Virus record (IMG/VR): IMGVR_UViG_3300044638_005715
Coordinates: 39,398-103,397 of that record
Source: a virus
Taxonomy: Duplodnaviria > Heunggongvirae > Uroviricota > Caudoviricetes
DNA length: 64,000 nt
Reading direction: 5' to 3' (one strand)
Positions 39,123 to 49,585 of this stretch are shown piece after piece. How positions within the stretch are numbered: position 1 is the first letter of the stretch; each line of letters opens with the position of its first letter. The position numbers were made by a program, and so were the translations under genes. A model generated the notes under the pieces. It did no database searches. It had not been told where the DNA came from and saw only the letters and a program-made list of their open reading frames with translations.

Positions 39123-39750
39123 TTTAAATATTGAAGATTGTAAATCACAGATTGGTCAAGACGTATGGATAACTAAAAAATTAAATGAAATGGATTTTAA
39201 TCCAAATGATTTTTACTTTGTTGATATTGGTGCTTATGATGGTTTGCACCTATCCAACACGTATGCATTTGAAAAAAATCTAGGGGCAAAGGGAGTGTGC
39301 GTAGAATGTAATCCACTTATGATCCAAGGGTTTAAATATAATAGACCAAATTCTGATTTATGCACTAAGGCCATTTATACAGAAAGCGGACATAAATTAA
39401 AGTTTTCACTAAATGATTGCAATTCGTGCATTGATAATAATGGAGATTATGAAGTAGAGACCATAAGTATTAATGATTTATTAACAACATATAACGCCCC
39501 TCGAAATATAACATATATTAATTTAGATATTGAGGGATTAGAACCAGAAATTCTTGCCACTTTTGATTTTAGTAAATGGAATGTTTTAACATGGACAATT
39601 GAACATAATCATGTAGAAGCAAATAAGAATAAAATATTAGATATTCTACTCAAGCATAATTATATGGTTAAATTACATGAATGGGATATCTTTGCCTACA
39701 AAGATTTCTTAGAGCCCATTTATTATGTTGATGGTGTCCGCGTAAAATAA
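39115..39750 (+). CDS. FkbM-family SAM-dependent methyltransferase
   Basis: FVDIGAYDGLH (G-A-x-D-G) motif; start could also be 39097. Confidence 0.5.
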   Translation: MFNLNIEDCKSQIGQDVWITKKLNEMDFNPNDFYFVDIGAYDGLHLSNTYAFEKNLGAKGVCVECNPLMIQGFKYNRPNSDLCTKAIYTESGHKLKFSLNDCNSCIDNNGDYEVETISINDLLTTYNAPRNITYINLDIEGLEPEILATFDFSKWNVLTWTIEHNHVEANKNKILDILLKHNYMVKLHEWDIFAYKDFLEPIYYVDGVRVK

Positions 39751-39764
39751 TAAGGAAAAAAATA

Positions 39765-41228
39765 ATGAAAGAAATTAAGTGGGCCCCAAACCATATGCAC
39801 TCTAGTTATAGTTTGTTAGATGGTTTTGCTAAACCAGCAGACATTGCTAAAAGATGTAAAGAATATGGATATAAATCGGCGGCTATAACAGACCATGGAA
39901 ATATAGCTGGGTGTGTTCAACATTTTACAGCCTGTAAAAAAGAGGGCATTAAACCAATATTGGGTTGTGAATTCTATTTTAGTAAGGACGCGGGCCTTAG
40001 AGATTCTACCAATAAAGAGTTGAGCCACGTTGTAATATTATCTAAAAATTTGAATGGATGGAATGAATTGATAGGGTGTGTTTCTGAAAGTAACTTGCCG
40101 GAAAATTTTTACTTTAAGCCGCGTATTGATTATACTATCATGAAAAAATTTCTTGGTAACAATAATCACATATGTATTACGGGACACCCAGGAACAGAAC
40201 TATCAAATGCCTTATTTGAAGATATGAAATTCTATAGATCAAAATCTGTAGAAGATGCTAGAAAATTTATAAAGCCAAACTGGAAAGAATGTGCCTTAGA
40301 AGTGATAGAAAAACACCTAGAAATATTTGGTGATAATCTCTATATTGAAATTCAGCTTATTGATAAAGATAATTTACCAGCTAGTCTTGTAATAGCCGAA
40401 TGTTTAAGAGAGATTGTTGCCGAGTCTAATGGTAAATTAAAGCCAATAGCTACTGCTGATAGTCACTATGTAGATAGAAAAGATGCTGAATCACAAAGGA
40501 TTTTGTTAGCATCGGCCCTGAATAAAACAATTCCTGGTATAATGAATGATTTAAGAAATAATATTGATGTTCCTCTAGGAACATTCTTTATTTCAGATAA
40601 TTATCATATACCTACGCTGGGTGAAATGATAGAAAATCACACCGTGGAAGAATTATTAAATGCATATTTAGCTGCTGAATCTTGCGAAGAGTATGATATT
40701 ACGAACGCACCGCTTCTACCAAAATTTAATGTTGATGATGAATTTACATATCTTTCTGAATTATGTAATAAGGGATGGAAAAATAAGATTGAGCATTTAT
40801 TGACGGATGAAAATCGCCACATATATAAGGAAAGACTAGATAGGGAATTAGGAGTCATTCAAGAGGCGGGACTTTCTGGTTATTTCCTTATTGTTCAAGA
40901 CATTATGGAATTTGTTAGGTCTAAAAATTGGATTCCTACAACACCGGGCAGAGGATGTTTTTTACCAGATACTAATGTAAAAATGTCAAATGGATCATAT
41001 TGTCCAATATCAATGATTGAGTCAGGAGATAAAGTAATAGATTGTTACAAAAATGAACAAGAAGTATATGCAACATTAGAATATGACATTGATGAGGATA
41101 TTATAGAAATTGAATTTATTAATAATAAAATAGTGAGATGTACAAAAGATCATAAATTTTTAACAAAAAATCGTGGATGGGTACAAGCTCAATATCTTAA
41201 TGATGAAGATGATATTGTTGAGGTTTAA
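39765..41228 (+). CDS. dnaE: DNA polymerase III alpha (DnaE) N-terminal fragment (PHP domain) fused to split-intein N half
   Basis: PHP motif MHSSYSLLDG...ITDHGN. Extein ends ...PTTPGRG, where DnaE continues GSAAGS. The following 90 aa starting CFLPDTNVKM resemble the N-terminal blocks of a split intein (Int-N), then a stop. Confidence 0.75.
   Translation: MKEIKWAPNHMHSSYSLLDGFAKPADIAKRCKEYGYKSAAITDHGNIAGCVQHFTACKKEGIKPILGCEFYFSKDAGLRDSTNKELSHVVILSKNLNGWNELIGCVSESNLPENFYFKPRIDYTIMKKFLGNNNHICITGHPGTELSNALFEDMKFYRSKSVEDARKFIKPNWKECALEVIEKHLEIFGDNLYIEIQLIDKDNLPASLVIAECLREIVAESNGKLKPIATADSHYVDRKDAESQRILLASALNKTIPGIMNDLRNNIDVPLGTFFISDNYHIPTLGEMIENHTVEELLNAYLAAESCEEYDITNAPLLPKFNVDDEFTYLSELCNKGWKNKIEHLLTDENRHIYKERLDRELGVIQEAGLSGYFLIVQDIMEFVRSKNWIPTTPGRGCFLPDTNVKMSNGSYCPISMIESGDKVIDCYKNEQEVYATLEYDIDEDIIEIEFINNKIVRCTKDHKFLTKNRGWVQAQYLNDEDDIVEV
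40956..41225 (+). mobile_element. split intein N-terminal half (Int-N, 90 aa)
   Basis: Cys1, CFLPDTNV...G (block A), TKDHKF (block B, TxxH). Confidence 0.65.
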
Positions 41229-41310
41229 AAATAAAGAACCTCGACATGGAAATTTGTGAGTATAAATATATGTATATATATGCTTCACAAACTTTCGAAA
41301 TGGATAAATA

Positions 41311-42159
41311 ATGGGCTCAATATCGTTAAATGATTTTAGATTATTAAATTATAATTCAAATGGTATATCAAATTTTAAACTAATAAATGGAATATGTACT
41401 AAATGTAATTCTGATTTTTCGTATTCTACAATATATAAATTTATTAGAAATAGAATAAATAAAATAAATAAAAAACACTTATGGGATACGTGTCAAAAAT
41501 GTTGGCATTTAATTAATACTGTTGAAGATCAATACTGGATGGAAAACAATTCAAAAATCCAGTCAAAAATACAGTCTTCCGAGGAACAAAAAAGAAAAAA
41601 TTCTATAGGTGTTTCTAAATCGTGGACACATGATAGAAGGAAAAAAACTTCTGAATGGTTAAAAGAAAGATGGAAAAATGATGACAAATTTCGTAAAAAG
41701 GCATTAAATAATTTACAATGGACACAAATTAATGATAATAGGCGAGATAAAATATTAAAAGGAAGTTTAGGAAAGGGTGGTCTCAAAGGAATATATAATG
41801 ATATATATTATGATAGTGCGTTAGAATTATCTTACATTTTATATTGTATAGATAATCAAATTGAAATTATAAGATATAATATACAACCTATACATTATTT
41901 AGATGAAAATAAGAAAGATAGGGTATATATTCCAGATTTTATAATAAATAATGATACAATTATAGAAATTAAAGGATATGGAATATATTATCAAAAAAAC
42001 TATGAGAGATCGATATTAAAAATTGAATCATTAAAATCATGGTCTAGTAAAAATGGATTTAAATATCAAATAATATTTAATACAGAAGACATATTAAAAA
42101 AAAACTATAAAAAGGCTAGAAAAATACATCATGAAAATAAAAACAAAAAAGATTTTTAG
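41311..42159 (+). CDS. free-standing PD-(D/E)xK endonuclease with N-terminal zinc-finger/NUMOD-like repeats (putative homing endonuclease) between the dnaE halves
   Basis: VYIPDFIINNDTIIEIKGYG (PD...ExK); CTKCNSD...CQKCWH; overlaps the Int-C start by 29 nt. Confidence 0.55.
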   Translation: MGSISLNDFRLLNYNSNGISNFKLINGICTKCNSDFSYSTIYKFIRNRINKINKKHLWDTCQKCWHLINTVEDQYWMENNSKIQSKIQSSEEQKRKNSIGVSKSWTHDRRKKTSEWLKERWKNDDKFRKKALNNLQWTQINDNRRDKILKGSLGKGGLKGIYNDIYYDSALELSYILYCIDNQIEIIRYNIQPIHYLDENKKDRVYIPDFIINNDTIIEIKGYGIYYQKNYERSILKIESLKSWSSKNGFKYQIIFNTEDILKKNYKKARKIHHENKNKKDF

Positions 42160-42235
42160 ATACAGTGGAAAGGTATATGATCTATCTGTTGAAAATACAA
42201 GTTGTTATAATGTAGAGGGTTTAGGAGTTCATAAT
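42131..42235 (+). mobile_element. split intein C-terminal half (Int-C)
   Basis: Ends HN followed by a +1 Ser. Confidence 0.65.
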
Positions 42236-44485
42236 TCTGCTGCTGGATGTCTAATATCATATTTAATCGGAATTACTAATATTGATCCATTAAAGCACGA
42301 TTTGATTTTCGAGCGATTTTATTCGGCGGCAAGAAAAGGTAGTTTGCCAGATATTGATCTTGATGTGCCCGCAGAGCATAGAGAGGATGTGATCGAATAC
42401 ATTAAGCAAAAGTATGGAAATGAAAATGTATCACAAATGGTCACATTTAATAGTTTGATGGGTAGATCTGCATTAAAAGAGGTACTAAAGGTTTATAATG
42501 CTGTATCATTTATAGAAATGAATGAAATGACTAAGGATATACCAAATGAAGCTTCTATTGCTGACGACCTACAAGAAAGTGGCGAAACATCTATCATTAT
42601 GTGGGCCCTGAAAAATCGTGCCTCTAAACTTGAGAAGTGGTGTAAAATAGATGAGCAGGGTAATTTAACTGGGGATTGTGCCGATTATTTTAGAATGGCA
42701 ATTAATATAGAGGGCACAAAAAAATCACAAGCTAAACATGCGGCCGGTATTATTATTTCGGCTTCTCCATTAAAAAATGTTTGCCCAATGGTAAGGGATA
42801 AAGAGGGGCTCCCAGTAGCTGGTTTTGAAATGAATGATTTGGAACTATTGGGCCATGTTAAGTTCGATATATTGGGTGTAGATATTCTAAGTAAAATTAT
42901 TAAAATATGTGAAAGATGCAATATTAGTATTGATGAAATGCATAAATTTAATGATAAAAAAACATGGGACCTTATTAGTAGTGGTGATGTAATTGGCATA
43001 TTCCAATTAGAAAAGCAAAAGCGTTGGGCAAAGAAACTCAAGCCGCAAACTATTGAGCATCTTTCTGCCCTTATTGCTATTATTAGGCCGGGAGTTGCTG
43101 ATGTTATTGTCGATGGCAAATCTATGACCGAACACTATATTGATAGAAAAAATGGTGATGAAGATATTACATATGAATTTCCATGTCTAGAGCCCATACT
43201 AGAAAATACATATGGTATTATGATTTATCAAGAGCAGGCATTAAGAATAGCATCGGAAATCGCAGGTTTTAATTTAAAAGAGGCAGATGCACTTAGAAAA
43301 GCAATCGGCAAGAAATTAGTTGATAAAATGGCCGAGTTGAAAACAAAATTTATTGATGGATGTGTTAATAATGAAAAGCTAAACCTAGAAGACTCCACAA
43401 GATTATTCGAGTGGATTGAGAAGTCTCAAAAATATCTGTTTAATGCAAGCCATAGTTTTTCTTATGCTTATAATGCTTATTATTCGGCATTTTGTAAGGC
43501 AAATAATATATATGATAGGTATCCAGTATTTTATGAGATTTATTTAGAGCATAGCAAAAGAAAGCAAGATTCACTTCATGAAATTAGGTCTATGGTAAAT
43601 AATGCAAAATTAAATGGATTTGAAGTTAGGGCTCCTGACTTATGTAATTTTAATTTAAGCTTTACACTTTCAGAAGATTTATCTACGATTTATTTTGGTG
43701 TATCGAGTGTTAAGGATGTTGGAGAAAAAGAATGTAGTAAAATACTAAATATATTTAATGAATTAGAAGATTCATGCAATATGAATTGGATGCAAGTTTT
43801 AACACAAATATGTGATAAGATTAATAAAAAAGCAGTTGAAGCTCTCATATCTGTAGGGGCCCTTAATGGTCCAAAAAATAAGGTTTCAAGATTAAAAATG
43901 CTTTATGAGTATGGTTTTTGGAGAGAACTAACGAAAAATGAACAGAAATTCATTAAAGAAAATATGATAAATGGATCTTTAAAAGATAATGTAAAGAATT
44001 TAATAAATAATGCAAAAATACAAGCTAAAAGATTATCTGCTGTAACATCTATTTATAAATCTCTTGAATCGCCACCTTATGGTATATCTGATAATATAGA
44101 AATTATATCTCAATTAGAATCTAAATATTTAGGAATATCACTTTCATGTGCAAAGAGTGATTTTTTAATACCGGAAGTAAATACTACATGTAGAGAGGTG
44201 GCATTAAATTCTTGTAGGAATTATGATATTAGTATAGGTGTTGAAATTAAATCATATCATGAGCACATTATAAACAATAAGAATAGTAAAAATCATGGAT
44301 TAACGATGGCATTTCTATCATGTGAAGATAACACTGGTGTTTTGGATAATATAATATTATTTCCTGAAGAATATAATCGTTTTAAAGATTTGCTTTTTGA
44401 TGGAAATACAATTATAATTGTTGGTGACGCTTCAAAAAATCGCGATGGCTCACTTATTGTAAAAAATATGATATCTACTATATAG
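42131..44485 (+). CDS. dnaE: split-intein C half (35 aa) fused to the DnaE C-terminal fragment
   Basis: MKIKTKKIFRYSGKVYDLSVENTSCYNVEGLGVHN parallels the Npu DnaE Int-C MIKIATRKYLGKQNVYDIGVERDHNFALKNGFIASN. The +1 Ser begins SAAGCLISYLIGITNIDP, the DnaE motif. Confidence 0.75.
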   Translation: MKIKTKKIFRYSGKVYDLSVENTSCYNVEGLGVHNSAAGCLISYLIGITNIDPLKHDLIFERFYSAARKGSLPDIDLDVPAEHREDVIEYIKQKYGNENVSQMVTFNSLMGRSALKEVLKVYNAVSFIEMNEMTKDIPNEASIADDLQESGETSIIMWALKNRASKLEKWCKIDEQGNLTGDCADYFRMAINIEGTKKSQAKHAAGIIISASPLKNVCPMVRDKEGLPVAGFEMNDLELLGHVKFDILGVDILSKIIKICERCNISIDEMHKFNDKKTWDLISSGDVIGIFQLEKQKRWAKKLKPQTIEHLSALIAIIRPGVADVIVDGKSMTEHYIDRKNGDEDITYEFPCLEPILENTYGIMIYQEQALRIASEIAGFNLKEADALRKAIGKKLVDKMAELKTKFIDGCVNNEKLNLEDSTRLFEWIEKSQKYLFNASHSFSYAYNAYYSAFCKANNIYDRYPVFYEIYLEHSKRKQDSLHEIRSMVNNAKLNGFEVRAPDLCNFNLSFTLSEDLSTIYFGVSSVKDVGEKECSKILNIFNELEDSCNMNWMQVLTQICDKINKKAVEALISVGALNGPKNKVSRLKMLYEYGFWRELTKNEQKFIKENMINGSLKDNVKNLINNAKIQAKRLSAVTSIYKSLESPPYGISDNIEIISQLESKYLGISLSCAKSDFLIPEVNTTCREVALNSCRNYDISIGVEIKSYHEHIINNKNSKNHGLTMAFLSCEDNTGVLDNIILFPEEYNRFKDLLFDGNTIIIVGDASKNRDGSLIVKNMISTI

Positions 44486-44494
44486 GGGATTTTA

Positions 44495-44791
44495 ATGAAT
44501 AATTGTATATTTTCTGGATATGTATATGAAAAACCAGAATTACAAATGGTTGACGGTGTTAGCTATTGTAACTTTTCTCTACTAGTCAACGAGGAAAGAA
44601 AGGGTAATAAAATAGAAACTATTATAGATTGTGAAATTTGGGATTCTGGAGCGGAAGCATTTGTTAATCTAGCTAACGGTGGGGATGAGGTATTCATTGA
44701 ATCATCTGCTCGCAATACAGAATTTGATGAAGAAGAATATGTTATATTCCGTGTAAATAAATTTAAGATCATTTTTGGAAATAATAAATGA
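44495..44791 (+). CDS. small OB-fold (SSB-like) protein
   Basis: FSGYVYEKPELQ...IDCEIWDSGAEAF resembles the SSB L45/beta pattern. Confidence 0.4.
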   Translation: MNNCIFSGYVYEKPELQMVDGVSYCNFSLLVNEERKGNKIETIIDCEIWDSGAEAFVNLANGGDEVFIESSARNTEFDEEEYVIFRVNKFKIIFGNNK

Positions 44792-46398
44792 AAAAAAGAA
44801 TATTGATGGTATCAGAATCTTCTGTGCTATCTAGTGGTTATGCTATATACACGTATGAATTATTGAAAAGACTTAATGAAATTGAAGATTTTGAAATTGC
44901 AGAACTAGCCTGCTTTGTGGATCATGATGATCATAGATTGAAACATATTCCATGGAAAGTTTATGTTAATAAACCTCCGGAAAATTCACCACAATATAAT
45001 ATATATAAGTCGGAAAAGTCATATGAATTTGGGGAATTTACATTTAATGATGTGTGTCTTGATTTTCAGCCTACGCATGTAATAGATATTCGAGATTTCT
45101 GGATGTTCGCCTATCAGGGGCATTCTCCATATCGTGATCATTACAATTGGCTTATTATGCCTACAGTAGATGCACATCCACAAAATAAAGAATGGATTGA
45201 TTATTTTAAATGTGCCGATGGTGTATTAACATATTCTGAATTTGGTAGGACAACATTATCAAAACAATGCCCATCAATTAATTTAAAGGGTGTGGCATCT
45301 CCAGCGGCGAATAGTTGTTTTAAGCCAATGGATAAGCGTATTATACGTGATAAATTTAATATTGCGGAAGATGCTTTTATTATAGGCACTGTAATGCGTA
45401 ATCAAAGGCGTAAACTTTTTCCGGATTTATTTCGTTCATTTGATAGGCTTTTATCAGAATCAAAGTCCAAAAATTTATATTTATATTGCCATACTGGCTT
45501 TCCAGATGTTGGGTGGTCAATTCCAGAATTATTAATTGAATACAATTTATCTGATAAGGTACTATTTACATATAAGTGTGATAATTGCCAACATATTGAA
45601 AGTTGTTTCTTTCATGATGCTATTAAACAATGTAAAAAGTGCAAAACACTATCTTCTAAATTATCTTGCACATCATTTCCTATTCAGGATTCAGAATTAG
45701 CTGAAATATATAATATATTTGATGTTTATGTTCAGTTGGCGAATAGTGAGGGATTTGGTATGCCGGTTGTTGAGGCCGCATCATGTGGTTTACCAATTAT
45801 TGCTACATATTATTCAGCAATGCAATCAACTATTGATAATCTAGATCAATTCGGTGTTTCTATCAAACACTATACCAAGGAAATAGAAACAGGCTGTTTA
45901 AGGGCGGCCCCCGAGATTAATGAACTTAATTCTTATTTACATACCCTTATGACAGATACTGTTATTTATAATGATTATAAATTTAGAGCACTCGATAATA
46001 AGGCCCTATATAATTGGGACAGGACTGCTAAAGTTTGGGAAAATGCAATAAGATCTACTAATAATAAGAAATTACCGTGGAATAGTAGGCCCCAAATACA
46101 TGAGCCATCACCGCTCTTAGATATTCCAGATCCGTTAAACCAAGCTAATTTTCTTATCATAGAAGTTTTAGGAAAGCCAGATTGGATTGGATCATTTATA
46201 TGGCAAAGATTAGTCAATGATCTCACGTATAAATCAAGGATAGGTAATATGAACCAGGGTTTCTATTTTAATGAAGATTATATTAAAGATCACACATTTA
46301 GGCAGCCATTTAGTTTTACCGATGCTTATAATGAATGTGTTGGTATTAGAAACTATTATAATCAATGCGAAATGAAAAGGTGCCAAAATTATGAATAA
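44788..46398 (+). CDS. glycosyltransferase family 4-like (GT-B) with an extra Cys-rich insert
   Basis: YVQLANSEGFGMPVVEAASCGLPIIAT (E-x7-E region). Confidence 0.55.
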   Translation: MKKRILMVSESSVLSSGYAIYTYELLKRLNEIEDFEIAELACFVDHDDHRLKHIPWKVYVNKPPENSPQYNIYKSEKSYEFGEFTFNDVCLDFQPTHVIDIRDFWMFAYQGHSPYRDHYNWLIMPTVDAHPQNKEWIDYFKCADGVLTYSEFGRTTLSKQCPSINLKGVASPAANSCFKPMDKRIIRDKFNIAEDAFIIGTVMRNQRRKLFPDLFRSFDRLLSESKSKNLYLYCHTGFPDVGWSIPELLIEYNLSDKVLFTYKCDNCQHIESCFFHDAIKQCKKCKTLSSKLSCTSFPIQDSELAEIYNIFDVYVQLANSEGFGMPVVEAASCGLPIIATYYSAMQSTIDNLDQFGVSIKHYTKEIETGCLRAAPEINELNSYLHTLMTDTVIYNDYKFRALDNKALYNWDRTAKVWENAIRSTNNKKLPWNSRPQIHEPSPLLDIPDPLNQANFLIIEVLGKPDWIGSFIWQRLVNDLTYKSRIGNMNQGFYFNEDYIKDHTFRQPFSFTDAYNECVGIRNYYNQCEMKRCQNYE

Positions 46399-47509
46399 AA
46401 AACCAAAAGTTTTATATATAGGTAATTATAATGATGGCACTGGATGGGGAAATGCCGCACTAAATAATATATTATCTATGCATTCAGCAGGTATTAATGT
46501 TGTTCCAAGGTCAATTACATATAATAATAATAAACAATGTAATAACATTACAATATCAGAATTAGAAATGTCTAATAATATTATGGATGTTGATGTATGT
46601 ATACAACATGTCTTGCCTCAATTATATATTTATAAAAATGGAATGAAAAATATAGGATATTATGAAATAGAAACTCTGTATATAGATAGTGAAATTTATA
46701 ATTATCTGGAATTAATGGATGAAATATGGGTTGCTAATGTAGATTCTTATATTGCATGTTGTGGTGCGGGTTTACTCCCATCTAAGGTAAAAATTATTCC
46801 ACATTCGATTGATATGGATTATATAACAAATCATCAATCATCATTGCAAATTAAGGAATTAAAAAACTCATTTAATTTTATGTTTGTTGGTGAGTTTATA
46901 ACGAGAAAAAATATAAAAGCATTGCTTAAAGCCTATTATTTGGGATTTGATCAGCGTGTGCAAAATGTAAATTTATTTTTGAAATTAAATGGTCCTACGC
47001 CCAATATTAATTATAATATAAAGCTATATAATGACATGGACCAAATAGTAAGAGATGAACTGCATTTGGATTATTACAATAACGTAAGCGTAATGTTTGA
47101 TTACCTAAATAAAGATGATTTATTATCTGTTATGAAACAATGCCATGCATTTGTGTGCCCAAGCTATGGAGAGTCATGCTGTATACCCGCCATGGAATCT
47201 TTAGCTATGGGAATTCCATCAATATGGACAAGTGGCATTGGCATTGGTGATTATGGGGTAGGTATTCCTGTTAATTCTACTGAAGAACCATGTAATCATA
47301 TCTTATCACCAATTTCAAATCTTTATAATGGTAGAAATCAATGGAGGTCTATACATATACAAGAATTAATTAATGCTATGCAATTAATGGTAAAGTTGAA
47401 ATCTGATCAAAAATTCTTGTCTGAATTTGAGACAAAGAGACAGGAATTTATTAATAAATATAGTATTGGTGCAATTGGTAAAAAAATCAAAGAGGTTCTA
47501 CATGCCTAG
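46391..47509 (+). CDS. glycosyltransferase (GT-B-like)
   Basis: FVCPSYGESCCIPAMESLAMGIPSIWT. Confidence 0.5.
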   Translation: MNKKPKVLYIGNYNDGTGWGNAALNNILSMHSAGINVVPRSITYNNNKQCNNITISELEMSNNIMDVDVCIQHVLPQLYIYKNGMKNIGYYEIETLYIDSEIYNYLELMDEIWVANVDSYIACCGAGLLPSKVKIIPHSIDMDYITNHQSSLQIKELKNSFNFMFVGEFITRKNIKALLKAYYLGFDQRVQNVNLFLKLNGPTPNINYNIKLYNDMDQIVRDELHLDYYNNVSVMFDYLNKDDLLSVMKQCHAFVCPSYGESCCIPAMESLAMGIPSIWTSGIGIGDYGVGIPVNSTEEPCNHILSPISNLYNGRNQWRSIHIQELINAMQLMVKLKSDQKFLSEFETKRQEFINKYSIGAIGKKIKEVLHA

Positions 47510-48461
47510 TATACAAGGAATTATGGCGGCCGTTAATCATAGTGGGCCCCTAAATATTATTACCATTGGTTGTGCTCACGAACGATATGAACAAACTTTG
47601 GCCCTCACTGGGCACAATTTTTATTCTCTTAAATATCAAAAAGCATGGAATAATGAATATGGTATCAGACCTAAAAATTATTTTGAATTAAATTCGCTAC
47701 CAGATATATTTGATTATCACTTAATTTTGTCGCATGTGTCAGATGAAAGAATATATATTGCCAAAGAACTATCTGAAATGTTGGGTGTGCCCGTTATTCG
47801 ACACACGCACACACTTCCATTTAGCGAAGTAGAAAAAGATCTGTTTAAATCTATTCAAGTAGATTTGGACACATTTATATCTGCTTATAGTGCATCGGAA
47901 TGGGGTTCTACTAATCCAGCAACTGTTATAAATCATGGATTAGATATTGGATTTTGGAATGATAGTGGAAGAAGCTATGAAAATTCAGATAATACATGTT
48001 TATCTGTTGTAAATTTTTGGAAAGATAGGGATTCTGCATGTGGTTGGAATTTTTGGAATGAGGCTACTCACGATATACCAAAAGTTGTATGTGGTAATAA
48101 TCCAGGACTATCGGAACCAAAACAACCCCATCAATTAAAAAAAATGTATTATAACTCAAGAATATTTATCAATACATCTTTAAGGTCTCCAATTCCCATG
48201 TCATTATTGGAAGCAATGGCATGTGGATGTGCGGTTATTTCTACTAATACATGCATGATTCCTGAAATTATTGAAAATGGTTATAATGGATTTTTATGTG
48301 ATTCTCCCGAAGAAATGAATCGGCAATGTAAATTGCTTTTGTCACAGCCTGAATTAGCTAATATAATTGGTAAAAGGGCGGCTGAAACTATTCGCAGTCA
48401 TTTTAATCATGAGAATTTTATACGGTCATGGGACAATATTTTTAGAGGCATTATATCTTGA
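47502..48461 (+). CDS. glycosyltransferase family 4-like
   Basis: RIFINTSLRSPIPMSLLEAMACGCAVIST; start moved to the ATG with RBS AAAGAGG. Confidence 0.5.
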   Translation: MPSIQGIMAAVNHSGPLNIITIGCAHERYEQTLALTGHNFYSLKYQKAWNNEYGIRPKNYFELNSLPDIFDYHLILSHVSDERIYIAKELSEMLGVPVIRHTHTLPFSEVEKDLFKSIQVDLDTFISAYSASEWGSTNPATVINHGLDIGFWNDSGRSYENSDNTCLSVVNFWKDRDSACGWNFWNEATHDIPKVVCGNNPGLSEPKQPHQLKKMYYNSRIFINTSLRSPIPMSLLEAMACGCAVISTNTCMIPEIIENGYNGFLCDSPEEMNRQCKLLLSQPELANIIGKRAAETIRSHFNHENFIRSWDNIFRGIIS

Positions 48462-48865
48462 ATATTTATTTATCAAAAGAACAAAATAAAGATTATGAAG
48501 AGTTGGGATATATCCATATTGCAGACATATCATTTTTAGATAATTTTGTGCTTGATGGTGAGGCGACTTCTTTTGTTGTTTGTGATTATCTATCTTTATT
48601 TCATGAGTCAGAATTACTTAATATATTAAGTAAAATAATGAATAAAATTAGACTTAGTGGAACATTGATTATTACAGATGTTAATTATTATGCAATTAAA
48701 ATAATTAAAGATATTAATCAGTTCATTGAGGCCAATCAAACGAAGCAATTTATTAAGACTGATATTATAATAGATAACTTAAAAAATAATGGTTTTGAAA
48801 TTCAGCAAATGAAACTAAATCACGAAGTTTTTTGCATTAATAGCATTAGAAATCAAATGGGGTAA
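48458..48865 (+). CDS. hypothetical protein (glycosyltransferase island 2)
   Basis: 135-aa ORF. Confidence 0.4.
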   Translation: MNIYLSKEQNKDYEELGYIHIADISFLDNFVLDGEATSFVVCDYLSLFHESELLNILSKIMNKIRLSGTLIITDVNYYAIKIIKDINQFIEANQTKQFIKTDIIIDNLKNNGFEIQQMKLNHEVFCINSIRNQMG

Positions 48866-48868
48866 AAG

Positions 48869-49585
48869 ATGGAAGATATTGAATTTAATTGTTCTGATTG
48901 TATATTTGCATCGATTAAGAGTGGGGAACAAATTGGCTGTACCCTAAACAGAATTGAGAAATTCTCCAAGTATGGGGTCACTAGAAATAATGGTAGATAT
49001 CAATTTAATAGATATTGTAATGCATATAGACCACCAGAATATTTAGGAGATAAATCTATTAATATGGATAATTTTCTAAATGAAATACGGCCACGCATAA
49101 CATATATTATTGATTTTGATTATGATTTAACATTATTGCAGTCTAATATTGAGTCTATTAATGGCAATGTTGGAGCTATTATAATAATAAACGATAAGGT
49201 AGAATATAATGAGGATATAGCATTATATTTATCTAAGACTGGATATAAATATTATATAGTTCAAATGTTGCTGAATTTAAGTGAGCAAGATAAATTTGAT
49301 AATGCATTTAAACATGCCAAAAATGGATGGGCAATCTTTTTAACCAAGGGCGATAAATTGCCCAATAATTATTATGATATTATTGATACAAAAATTAACA
49401 TAGATATGACACGGCTAGCATTTTCTAAAAATGAGAAAGGAAGTTTTATCATACAGTCGGCCCTATATTCATTTATAAAAAGAAATGAGGAATTAAAAGG
49501 CGATACATTAGAGGAAAAAATAGGCCAAGTTAAAAAATCTGACCCAGATATTTTACCTCAATGGGGAGATTTATTTAATGCATAA
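48869..49585 (+). CDS. hypothetical protein with N-terminal Cys cluster (glycosyltransferase island 2)
   Basis: 238-aa ORF. Confidence 0.4.
   Translation: MEDIEFNCSDCIFASIKSGEQIGCTLNRIEKFSKYGVTRNNGRYQFNRYCNAYRPPEYLGDKSINMDNFLNEIRPRITYIIDFDYDLTLLQSNIESINGNVGAIIIINDKVEYNEDIALYLSKTGYKYYIVQMLLNLSEQDKFDNAFKHAKNGWAIFLTKGDKLPNNYYDIIDTKINIDMTRLAFSKNEKGSFIIQSALYSFIKRNEELKGDTLEEKIGQVKKSDPDILPQWGDLFNA

Noticed and set aside
41220-41242. Hairpin GAGGTT-N11-AACCTC at the dnaE-N stop as a terminator
   Set aside because: No downstream T-tract; more likely a structural or regulatory element, and an imperfect inverted repeat (41253-41291) upstream of the endonuclease gene may be part of its promoter.
42685-43119. 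144-aa minus-strand ORF inside dnaE-C (and similar antisense ORFs at 35844-36167, 36321-36725, 55224-55583, 264-566, 737-964, 22077-22262, 23395-23613)
   Set aside because: They lie fully antisense within well-supported genes with recognisable motifs and have no RBS or promoter; typical spurious antisense frames.
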